From assembly GCF_001194135.2 (NCBI RefSeq), contig NC_068994.1, forward strand, positions 17,589,126 to 17,630,840: 41,715 nt of DNA. The letters are read 5' to 3'. The translations under genes were made by a program, and so were the position numbers. Source of the stretch: Octopus bimaculoides (lineage: Eukaryota). Shown here piece after piece: positions 36,401 to 41,715 of the stretch. A model generated the notes under the pieces. That model saw only the letters and a program-made list of their open reading frames with translations. It was not told the DNA's origin and made no database searches. The number at the start of each line of letters is the position of its first letter. The stretch's first letter is position 1.

Positions 36401-39400
36401 TTTAGTTCTTATAAATTCAACATCTTTCTTTTAAAATAAGATTCATATATGCAGCCTTTGCCTGCATACATAAAGTATGACTTCTCCATTTATCAATTTC
36501 TCGTGATAAGCACAGGCATGGCTTGTGTAGTAAGAAGCCGGTTTCCCAACCACATGGTTCTAGATTCAGTCCCATTGCGTGACACTGGGAAAGTGTCTTC
36601 TATAACTTTAGGCCGACCAAAGCCTTGTGAGTAGGTCGTGGATTTGGTAGACAGAAACTGAAAGAAGCCTGTCATGCATATATGTGTGTGTGTCTTGGTG
36701 TTGGTGTGTTCATGCCCCTACAACTTAGCAGTTCAGCAAAAGTGACTGTTAGAATAAGTACCAGTTTTAAAATATGTCCTGAGATCAATTTGATGGGTCT
36801 GGCAGAATCCTGTTATTTTTGGTCCTTCGGTTAGCACTCACAACAACAGGAAAGTTTTTGTGGCTTTTAACAGCTAGATGCTGCGTTGTCATCCACTTCA
36901 AGGTGTGGACTGAGTGCATTCCTTCATGCTATCAATGGTAGAGAAGTTGTATGCAGCAAAATTAAAAGAATCCAGTCTATCCTGTATAATTTTTTTTATT
37001 TAATTGCTGCTCTCTTAGATTGTTACTTTACTGTGTTTTGGAGTTCATGTCTCCATATAAATGAATCAGTTGGTGAGGATGGAGTAGTGCAACAATGACT
37101 TTGTAAACTTACTCAGATTGGTGTGACTGATGCCCAGCTTCAACAACTGCATGGGAAATTTGGATTGAGAGAACCAAAAACCCTCGTCCAAATGCATTTA
37201 ACAATGCAGACTCCACTAAAGGTAGCCAAAGACCAGGTGGCTGTGTTAATTTGGGCAGAATATTAGGCCTTCTCCCTAAGCTCTGGAACAGTGATTTCCA
37301 ATGTGGTTCATATGCCCTATCAGTGGGGTATGGNNNNNNNNNNNNNNNNNNNNNNNNNNNNNNNNNNNNNNNNNNNNNNNNNNNNNNNNNNNNNNNNNNN
37401 NNNNNNNNNNNNNNNGGCATAGTATGGCAAAAAACTTTTTTGTACTTAATATTTAATAAGAGTTACCAGTAGATTCTTTTGTATTAAATAATTGTTATAG
37501 AATATTAAAAATAAAGGGTTTTTTTTTTTCCAACCACCAGCAGGGCATACATTTTTATGGGAAGTTACGTTGAATCTTGGGAGAAAATAGGTTGGGAAAC
37601 ACTGCTCTAGAGAAATTCTACTGGAAAAGGAAAGTTTAAATTCAACTCTGGATTCAGCCTGCTTACACCTTTTCACAGAAGTCTGTTTTATTTTGGTGAA
37701 AGAGTAAAGCAGCAACAATTGTGATAAAGTGGCATCATTAGATATTAATGGCATTGCAGCATTATTTTGATATGGTATTTTACTAATGCCAGTGCAAATT
37801 TCCTAACAAACTTAGTTATTTTTCTCTCTTTATCCTTTTCAGTTTTTAAAAATTTTGTCTATATTTTATAATTATTGCTGTTTCAAATTTTATTTATCTT
37901 CAGTTTAAATCCAAAAATTTTGAAGTTTTTTTTTCATTCAAGTTTAATTTTATTTGAAAGTATTTAGTTTCTTTCTTGTTCAAATCACACTGGTACGGTG
38001 ATGTCAAAATCCACCCAATTAGAATTGCACTGATGATTGATTTAATTGACCCATTTCTCTCTAAATTTTATCATTTTTGTCACTGAAGACACAGGCCTTC
38101 CCTCGTTGACTTCAAGTAAACTTTGGTGGTGTTCTGTCTCAGATATATAGTAGTCAAGTAACTACATTATGAAGTGTTTCAATTGTGACGATCCTGTAAT
38201 TTGTATATCAAGAACACTATTGTTCAATGTGGCCTGCTTTTAACCCTTTCATTACCACATTTTTTATTGAAATATATTGCCTTTGCTTCAAGTAATTTTG
38301 AAACTAATGAAGAATTAATTAAGATAACTTTGTCATTATTAAGCTTATGCTTGGAATATAAATTAACATGAAATTTAAAAGGAGGTTTTAATTTAGATCA
38401 CTTTAAAATGGAATTTGTATCATAGAGCCGAGGGCAGTTTCAGGCAGGTTGGTATCAAAAGAGTTAAGGGTGGGATTTGTGAGTTCTTTGGCTATTTTAA
38501 GCTGGTTGATCAGCCATGTGTCAGCTACCTGTCAACAAAATTGCCTACAAATACTTCTCTGCCTCTCTAATGCCTACCATTCTTCACTGCCTTCAATTCT
38601 CTTCTCTCTCTACTGCTCTCTCCTTATCTCACTCCATACACTTTATATTTCAGTAGGTCAACTGTTTTCAGCTGGGGTCCATATGGCCCCTGAAGGTCCA
38701 TATAACATTTTTGAGGGTCCATGCAAGAAAATAGTAAATTGGGGATCCACAATAGTATTTGAAGGGCCCCTAAAAAAATTTTGCTTTAGATGTATGTATT
38801 GGAAGAAACAGCTAGGTTTCTTTCTCTAACATTTTACATAATTCAACCTACACAAGTTAATGTGTGAAAAACAAATCAAAAGAAGTTTCTATAAAGCTAG
38901 CTTTAAACATCAAATGGCTATGGGGGTCCACCAGAATAAAATAGTAATCAAAGGCAGTCCATAGATAAAAAATGTTTGAGAATCCCTGGAGTAGGTGGTT
39001 GAATTAACAGGCTAGTCAGTGCAATACTACAGCAGTGAACTTAAGAGCTTGTGTGAACTCAACGTTGCATACAACTGTTTTTATTTTTTTTCTTCTTCAT
39101 AAAATGTCAGCAGTTACTTTTTGACTGCAGCTAAAATATCTCGCCCTTTCATATAACATGTTGACTAATTTGTTTTAATGTCTTATATTTGGAGTTCCTG
39201 TATATCTGCAGATATTGAAATATGTTTGACTTCAATTCTTTAAAATTCTCTTGCACACAACAGCTGGTTTCTTTTATGTCTAATTTTTAAGTGATACTGC
39301 CAGTTAGAAATCTTGTCAGCATTTACTTTGCTTTCAAACCTCATTGGACTAGGTATCAACTGTACTCCACTCTTGTGAATTTGTGGCTTTGGGGAAAATA

Positions 39401-40644
39401 CAAAATTTATACAGGAATAGTTGACTTGTGGAACTAAAATAATTGTGTGTTGCCTTGCTGATTAGCAATGTATCATCATCATTTAACATGTTTCTCATGC
39501 TGGCATGGGTTGGACAGCTTGACTGACTGGCAAGGCCAGGGGCTGCACCAGGTTCTATAGTCTGTTTTGGCTTGTTTTTATGGTTGGATGCCTTTCCTAA
39601 TGCCAACCATTGTACAGTGTGTACTGGGTGCTTTCTATGTGGCACCAGCAACCACATCAGTGCTTTTTACATAGTACTTTGGTTTTAAGATCTCAATTTT
39701 GTTGTGGAGTAGGTTTTCTCAAGTATAGCAATGCACTGCGTATCTTGGTTCTCTGTTATCTCCTTCATAAGGTTCAGCATCTTGAGATTGTCCTTCAATA
39801 CTTCATCCCATATCTTCCTGCATTTCCCCCTTCCATAACTTCTCTCCACTCTAAGTGTATTTTAAGTACGTATTGATATACCGTGTTTGATATTTCTGAT
39901 TGCTATTTTATCCTTGTTTTACATTTTGCTATATCAAATGTTTCTTATTAGATAATTGCTGGAGTGAGGACACCTTTGTCAGTTACCCGAATTAACACCA
40001 CCAACATGAATGTCACAACAAAATCAGTATGTATTAAACATAATGTACTTTTCTCTTATTTTGGCAGTCCAATATTTTATTCCGCTTCCCAGATTATTCT
40101 TGTAAATATTGGTTATATTGAGTCATTGCAATAAGCTACTTACTTTTTAGCCATTTGAGAATTATTCTCATCCCTAAATAATTAATTGTAATCTTAATAT
40201 ATTTTCAGGTAACACCTCGTCGAAAATCTAATCGTTATCGACCATGGGACAAGAATGCTGACCGTACCAACAAGCTATTGCATAAAACAATCAGAGGAGG
40301 TGTACAGAAAGATGCTAGTTTTGGATCAACTGGAAGCTACAATGAATTTGCTGTAAGTATTTTAAATTAGGACTTTGCTTTCAAATATTTGATTTGAAAT
40401 TTATCTCATATACAATATTTATATTGTTTCTTCATTTTGTGTCCCATTTTCTCTTTGACAGAAAACCCTGAATTCAGTGGAGCGTATGAACTATCGAAGT
40501 AGCATTATAGAACCTGCCCAGTCTGCATGTCCTGCCAAATCTAAGCTAACCCCCATATCACAATCAGTTTCTCATACTCCAAAGTCGAAGCTGGCAAATG
40601 CACCACGAATGCCAGCTCACACGCCAATGTCAACACGACTGTAA
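1776..40644 (+). CDS. PRC1: Protein regulator of cytokinesis 1 (MAP65/Ase1/PRC1 family), whole spliced CDS: join(1776-1783,11686-11941,13329-13562,16551-16721,19038-19187,21289-21439,22998-23134,24441-24536,30690-30836,32525-32653,39952-40026,40209-40352,40462-40644)
   Basis: Hand-spliced exons all have AG/GT ends and compatible phases, giving an uninterrupted 626-aa ORF. It contains the family signature [21 protein letters not shown] (human RKASDPNRFTNRGGNLLKEEK), N-terminal [12 protein letters not shown], and C-terminal SYNEFA (human TYSEFA). Confidence 0.95.
2195..2489 (-). mobile_element. hAT-type MITE
   Basis: End ggttgagaaccactg is a CAGTGGTTCTCAACC-type TIR. Body is homologous to 38652-38990. 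Confidence 0.7.
3712..4100 (-). mobile_element. tRNA-derived SINE family A, full length
   Basis: Reverse complement of gcacaggagtggctgtgtggtaagtagc...ggttcagtcccac...aaacaagtaaaagag. Internal (TA)/(TG) tract. Confidence 0.9.
5008..5294 (+). mobile_element. tRNA-derived SINE family C with (CAA)n tail and 11-bp TSD
   Basis: gtggaggcgcaatggcccagtggttagggcagcggactcg head. TSD gctccttaatg at 4997-5007 and 5295-5305. Confidence 0.9.
5835..6120 (-). mobile_element. RTE LINE 3' end, old copy
   Basis: Shares gatgcccttcctaat...gggtgcttttat and the ORF-end region with 39472-39860 and 26581-27296. Confidence 0.7.
6130..7400 (-). mobile_element. Possible heavily decayed Penelope-like ORF relic
   Basis: Broken minus-strand peptides [31 protein letters not shown] and [12 protein letters not shown] loosely resemble PLE N-terminal and GIY-YIG motifs. 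Many stops and frameshifts. Confidence 0.25.
7535..7790 (-). mobile_element. RTE LINE 3' end, degraded
   Basis: tttccatgctg...ccaaccactttacaaagtgtg...cagctgaagaggg matches other RTE 3' UTR copies. Confidence 0.7.
8856..9165 (+). mobile_element. SINE family A, 5'-truncated
   Basis: ggttcagtctcactgcgtgg...gaccaaagccttgtgagtggatttggtag...gatagaataagtactaggc. Confidence 0.85.
10275..10603 (+). mobile_element. RTE LINE 3' UTR with internal tandem repeats and (GAT)n tail
   Basis: Repeated tggcac(a/g)taaaaagcacc units, then ggaaaggcatccagctgtagaaac...ggacgttaaatgatgacgatgat. Confidence 0.85.
10663..10878 (-). mobile_element. TTAA-flanked piggyBac-type MITE
   Basis: TTAA at 10659-10662 and 10879-10882. 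End gaatgctataggg. Body matches 24838-25058. Confidence 0.75.
10931..11088 (+). mobile_element. piggyBac-type MITE, partial, inverted relative to 10663-10878
   Basis: Starts ccctttagcattcaaatta like 24838 and 28974. Confidence 0.7.
11340..11536 (+). mobile_element. RTE LINE 3' end, young copy
   Basis: Nearly identical to 18058-18280 and to the reverse complement of 26581-26760. (GAT)n tail. Confidence 0.9.
11686..11941 (+). CDS. PRC1: PRC1 exon 2
   Basis: Acceptor tttttcctttttcag. Encodes [26 protein letters not shown]...LAVSVYE. Donor GTAAAG at 11942 (phase 0). Confidence 0.9.
12150..12303. repeat. Compound (TA)n/(CA)n/(TG)n microsatellite
   Basis: Directly visible dinucleotide arrays. 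Source of several spurious ORFs. Confidence 0.95.
12343..12553 (-). mobile_element. SINE family B
   Basis: Reverse complement of ctggcagaaatgtcagcacg...gttctgagttcaaattt...ggtcaataaattaagtaccag. Confidence 0.85.
13329..13562 (+). CDS. PRC1: PRC1 exon 3
   Basis: Acceptor ttttccag. Encodes [14 protein letters not shown]...[21 protein letters not shown]. Donor GTTTGT. 234 nt. Confidence 0.92.
13668..13987 (+). mobile_element. SINE family C inserted in a (TA)n tract
   Basis: Same head as 5008. Complete 3' part ending gacggaatgccaac. Flanked by TA repeats on both sides. Confidence 0.9.
14125..14545 (-). mobile_element. SINE with family-A head and RTE-like 3' tail
   Basis: Head matches family A (ggtaagaagtttgc, ggcaccttgggcaagtgtcttc). 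The tail reverse complement ggttggcaacaggaaggacatc...caagcatggaaagatgaacatt matches the RTE terminus. Confidence 0.7.
14850..15490 (+). mobile_element. Decayed CR1/L2/Jockey-like LINE reverse transcriptase fragment
   Basis: Frameshifted peptides [35 protein letters not shown] and [15 protein letters not shown]...FISWISNF correspond to GPDGI, NYRPI, QYGFR and KAFDRVWH RT motifs. Confidence 0.7.
16208..16391. repeat. 184-nt imperfect palindrome (fold-back)
   Basis: Outer stem 16208-16263/16336-16391 (56 bp), inner stem 16268-16294/16298-16324 (27 bp), 3-nt loop. Confidence 0.9.
16551..16721 (+). CDS. PRC1: PRC1 exon 4
   Basis: Acceptor ttatttctag. Encodes NKRFATF...[29 protein letters not shown]. 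Donor GTAGGT. 171 nt, absent from the ORF track. Confidence 0.93.
17432..17830 (-). mobile_element. RTE LINE 3' end including ORF terminus
   Basis: The minus strand gives [20 protein letters not shown], the same C-terminal motif as 26581-27296. Confidence 0.8.
18058..18280 (+). mobile_element. RTE LINE 3' end, young copy
   Basis: ggaagggcatccagctgtagaaactctgccaaatcagattggagcctgg...ggacgttgaacgatgatgatgat. Confidence 0.9.
18580..18775 (-). mobile_element. SINE family B
   Basis: aaaggatgaaaggcaaagtc...ggaatttgaactctgaac matches the reverse complement of family B. Confidence 0.8.
19038..19187 (+). CDS. PRC1: PRC1 exon 5
   Basis: Acceptor atttcag. Encodes VIERKAK...[15 protein letters not shown]...NLKT. 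Donor GTAAGT. 150 nt. Confidence 0.93.
19205..19590 (+). mobile_element. SINE family A, diverged
   Basis: gtgtgataagaagcttgtttcccaaccacatgg head and gaccgatagaataagt tail. Confidence 0.8.
19990..20235 (+). mobile_element. SINE with family-A head and alternative (RTE-like) tail, internally deleted
   Basis: gaaagaagcctgtc...gtgatagttgtaaatgagtgtcacagtc...catttccaatattttgtgagag is homologous to the reverse complement of 14125-14400. Confidence 0.6.
20380..20570 (-). mobile_element. SINE family C, 3' half
   Basis: Reverse complement of aattcaaagggccagccttgtcacactgtgtcacgctg...gacggagtgccaacaac. Confidence 0.85.
20726..21098. other. Assembly gap (others at 3120-3135, 26812-26992, 28239-28654, 37334-37415)
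   Basis: Runs of N. Most abut microsatellites or repeat arrays. No PRC1 exon appears to be missing across them. Confidence 0.99.
21289..21439 (+). CDS. PRC1: PRC1 exon 6
   Basis: Acceptor atttgcag. Encodes [12 protein letters not shown]...[10 protein letters not shown]...YKTE plus one base. Donor GTATTT (phase 1). Confidence 0.92.
21922..22343 (+). mobile_element. SINE family A, full length
   Basis: Complete head, internal (TA)n(TG)n, tail aaacaagtaaaagagagtaaagag. Confidence 0.92.
22344..22665 (-). mobile_element. RTE LINE 3' end, degraded
   Basis: catcatcac...ttttccatgctagcatg...gccaaccac...cttctcaagcacagc. Confidence 0.7.
22720..22931 (-). mobile_element. TTAA-flanked piggyBac-type MITE just upstream of exon 7
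   Basis: TTAA|CCCTTTGG...GGTAAAGGG|TTAA. Confidence 0.8.
22998..23134 (+). CDS. PRC1: PRC1 exon 7
   Basis: Poly-T tract then aatacaag. Encodes (G)[36 protein letters not shown]...VLE. Donor GTGAGG. 137 nt. Confidence 0.93.
23410..23555 (-). mobile_element. SINE family B, internally deleted
   Basis: ggcacaaggccagc...gaccccagtgctcagctgatacttatttt...aaaggatgaaaggcaaa...gattctgccagctcgc. Confidence 0.75.
24441..24536 (+). CDS. PRC1: PRC1 exon 8 (microtubule-binding signature)
   Basis: Acceptor tttccag. Encodes [32 protein letters not shown]. Donor GTTAGC. 96 nt. Confidence 0.96.
24566..24725 (-). mobile_element. Mariner 3' end remnant with TIR
   Basis: TA-TTAGGTTGGTGCA TIR. The minus strand gives, after one indel, [12 protein letters not shown], the mariner C-terminal W..VI...G.Y motif. 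Confidence 0.7.
24838..25058 (+). mobile_element. TTAA-flanked piggyBac-type MITE, complete
   Basis: TTAA at 24834-24837 and 25059-25062. Ends CCCTTT...AAAGGG. Confidence 0.85.
25566..25880 (+). mobile_element. SINE family C, older variant
   Basis: gtggaggtgcatggcttagtagttaggg head. gtctgtggagtgctcaaccacttgc...ttaatttcacaagcaggctg body. Confidence 0.75.
26581..27296 (-). mobile_element. RTE-clade LINE, 5'-truncated, with ORF C-terminus, 3' UTR and (GAT)n tail
   Basis: Encodes MLRWMCNV...[14 protein letters not shown]...[20 protein letters not shown], the typical RTE C-terminus. N-gap at 26812-26992. Confidence 0.92.
28034..28238 (+). mobile_element. SINE family A head running into a (TA)n tract and an N-gap
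   Basis: Near-identical to the 35363 and 21922 heads. Confidence 0.9.
28974..29187 (+). mobile_element. piggyBac-type MITE, complete
   Basis: ctaa|CCCTTTAGCATT...TAAAGGG|TTAA. Body matches 24838. Confidence 0.8.
29310..29740 (+). mobile_element. Two tandem SINE family B copies
   Basis: Heads at about 29310 and 29533, each with gttctgagttcaaattc and ctttt/gcctttcatc cores. Confidence 0.75.
30185..30400 (+). mobile_element. RTE LINE 3' end
   Basis: ggaagggcgtccagctgtaaaa...ccaacccatgc...ggacattaaacgatgatgat. Confidence 0.8.
30690..30836 (+). CDS. PRC1: PRC1 exon 9
   Basis: Acceptor attttgcag. Encodes [16 protein letters not shown]...EKEREKEQR. Donor GTAAGT. 147 nt. Confidence 0.94.
30880..31745. 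mobile_element. Cluster of two SINE B fragments, one short inverted RTE tail and two tandem RTE tails
   Basis: ctgagttcaaatcccac at about 30940 and 31120. RTE tails end at about 31580 and 31745. Confidence 0.7.
31838..32085 (+). mobile_element. SINE family C, older variant
   Basis: ggagtgctcagccacttgcacgttaatttcacgagcaggctgttccgttgatcagatcaactggaaccc. Confidence 0.8.
32220..32460 (+). mobile_element. SINE family A, internally deleted
   Basis: cttcccaaccacatggttttgggttcagtcc...gcaagtgtcttctactatagcctc...gagactgataaaataagtacc. Confidence 0.8.
32525..32653 (+). CDS. PRC1: PRC1 exon 10
   Basis: Acceptor ttatctacag. Encodes [43 protein letters not shown]. Donor GTAAGT. Confidence 0.92.
32948..33510 (-). 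mobile_element. Mariner transposase pseudogene, internally deleted and 3'-truncated
   Basis: ATG at 33431 gives [14 protein letters not shown]...[42 protein letters not shown] (WVPHEL-like), then MQWK and [17 protein letters not shown]. Confidence 0.88.
33602..33940 (-). mobile_element. RTE LINE 3' UTR, young copy with internal repeats
   Basis: Near-identical to 26581-26760 and to the reverse complement of 18058-18280. Confidence 0.9.
33982..36010 (-). mobile_element. FLYWCH-MULE (Mutator-like) transposon pseudogene with a nested SINE
   Basis: Minus-strand peptides YIYEKNG...[18 protein letters not shown] (FLYWCH), [38 protein letters not shown] and FLRNIARN. Inverted GGTAAATTCC/GGAATTTACC subrepeats at both ends. 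Confidence 0.85.
35363..35763 (+). mobile_element. SINE family A, full length, nested in the MULE
   Basis: Complete head and tail. Interrupts the MULE ORF start. Confidence 0.92.
36228..36260 (+). CDS. PRC1: Candidate PRC1 cassette microexon ([11 protein letters not shown]) with GC donor
   Basis: Acceptor ttttgtttttatgcaaaatttcag, 33 nt, phase 0/0, donor AAG|GCAAGA. Contains a TPK motif like the neighbouring exons. No transcript evidence. Confidence 0.4.
36510..36790 (+). mobile_element. SINE family A, diverged
   Basis: ggcttgtgtagtaagaagccggtttcccaaccacatgg...gttagaataagtacc. Confidence 0.75.
38244..38463. mobile_element. Second TTAA-flanked MITE family
   Basis: TTAA|ccctttcattacca ... 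tggtatcaaaagag|TTAA, imperfect TIRs. Confidence 0.6.
38652..38990 (+). mobile_element. hAT-type MITE, same family as 2195-2489
   Basis: Shared ggtttctttctctaacattttacata, gtttctataaa and aataaaatagtaa blocks. Confidence 0.7.
39472..39860 (-). mobile_element. RTE LINE 3' end, old copy
   Basis: catcatcatttaac...catgctggcatgggttggac...gtgtactgggtgctt and the ORF-end region. Confidence 0.75.
39952..40026 (+). CDS. PRC1: PRC1 exon 11
   Basis: Acceptor tttcttattag. Encodes [25 protein letters not shown]. Donor GTATGT. Phase 0/0. Confidence 0.8.
40209..40352 (+). CDS. PRC1: PRC1 exon 12
   Basis: Acceptor attttcag. Encodes [10 protein letters not shown]...[12 protein letters not shown]. Donor GTAAGT. 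Confidence 0.9.
40462..40644 (+). CDS. PRC1: PRC1 terminal exon 13 coding part
   Basis: Acceptor ctctttgacag. Encodes [16 protein letters not shown]...HTPMSTRL, then TAA at 40642-40644. Confidence 0.85.
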   Translation, partial: KTLNSVERMNYRSSIIEPAQSACPAKSKLTPISQSVSHTPKSKLANAPRMPAHTPMSTRL

Positions 40645-41463
40645 ACCTTTTTGTTTTGCAATTGCCACTTAAAAATTAGCTTAAGCATTATGATAGTATA
40701 AATGTTAGTTGGTGAGGAAACTTCACTAGAAAATAACTAATGCACAGCTTTGCTGGTTATCATCGAAATTGGCAAATTATATTTTTTTCTGCTTGGATTA
40801 TGTCATGTATTATGCTGTATATAGTCAAATTTAGATCTGTACATAAATCTAGAATGTATATATTGTACATCACTTATTTTGCAGACAGTTTCACCTTTCT
40901 ATCACAGCATTTATAGTATCTTAGGATTTCCTTCAGCCTTGCTTCATAGGCTAGTGTACAAAGCAAATACTTATTGCTTCTATTTAATTTTAGACTCACT
41001 ATACTACTGCAATGATTGTATGTGAATTCATGGATGTGTTGGTGTTTGAGAAAGACATTACTATTTAAAACAAATAATTTCATCCACATTGTTTTTTTTT
41101 TTACTTTCAATTATTGTCCATTTTTCTTTCGCTAGTAACTAGATGTCATTCTTATCAATATTATTTATAACCATACAAAATATACCTACATACATATACA
41201 AACTTGTGCTCCTTCTTGCTGCTTACTCCTGCTGGGGATAATAGATTCCCAGAATATTGTTTATATTATTTGTAGTTTATTTCACTCATGTCTGCCATTA
41301 CTTTCATTGTACATAATAATCATTTGTAAAGGTTTTGATGAAGCCTTATTTTTATGAACTGGTTTTTAAAATTTTTTTTTTTTACTTTTTGCAAAGTAAG
41401 TGGTCTAGTTTTGAAAGAAAGATGGGGATGGCATAAAATGTCACAAAATGATAAGAAAATAAA
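40645..41463 (+). promoter_or_regulatory. PRC1 3' UTR with Pumilio elements, a CPE-like motif and a polyadenylation signal
   Basis: TGTAHATA at 40816, 40838, 40855 and 41308. TTTTTAT at 41349. AATAAA at 41458-41463 followed by a GT/T-rich tract. Second AATAAA at 41702-41707. Confidence 0.55.
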
Positions 41464-41715
41464 TGTGATGTTTTGATTTGTTTTATTGGTCCTGAAAATG
41501 TTATTCTTTACTCTGTGAAATGGATTTTTTTTTTTTTTTGCTTTTTCGAACACTATCTGTAAACTGCAAGTTTTCAGATAAATACAATCCTAATTGTGCA
41601 CAAGTCTTAATTCTTGTATTTAGACTGAAACTTTTGAGATTGAAGGAAGATGTGATTTTTAAAATTAAATTTTGTAACAGATCTTTTGTTTTACAAGTTT
41701 TAATAAAGGATGTCC

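Noticed and set aside
37020-37333. GC-richer stretch with a minus-strand frame next to a gap
   Set aside because: No recognisable motif and it is truncated by Ns. Probably a repeat remnant, but I cannot assign it.
40641-40646. Alternative donor GTAAAC at the PRC1 stop implying a further exon
   Set aside because: Weak donor, and the downstream sequence looks like a normal 3' UTR with polyadenylation signals.

Overview
AT-rich animal genomic DNA with five N-gaps. The repeat repertoire suggests an octopus (inference). One gene spans the window on the + strand: a PRC1 / MAP65-Ase1 family spindle-midzone microtubule crosslinker. I reconstruct 13 GT-AG coding exons from ATG 1776 to TAA 40644, all phase-compatible, 1881 nt and 626 aa. 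A possible 33-nt GC-donor microexon lies at 36228-36260. The introns are packed with tRNA-derived SINEs (three head families, my labels A, B, C), 5'-truncated RTE LINE ends, TTAA-flanked piggyBac-type MITEs and hAT MITEs. They also hold decayed mariner, FLYWCH-MULE and CR1/L2-like relics. The most unusual signal is a minimal type-I hammerhead-like fold with a swapped G3-C8 core (88-138, minus strand), inside a head-to-head repeat whose partner copy has lost exactly that core. Also notable are a 184-nt intronic fold-back before exon 4, a CDE/CHR-like promoter and a cluster of Pumilio elements in the 3' UTR. No prokaryotic-type system, CRISPR array, or genuine tRNA or rRNA gene is supported.
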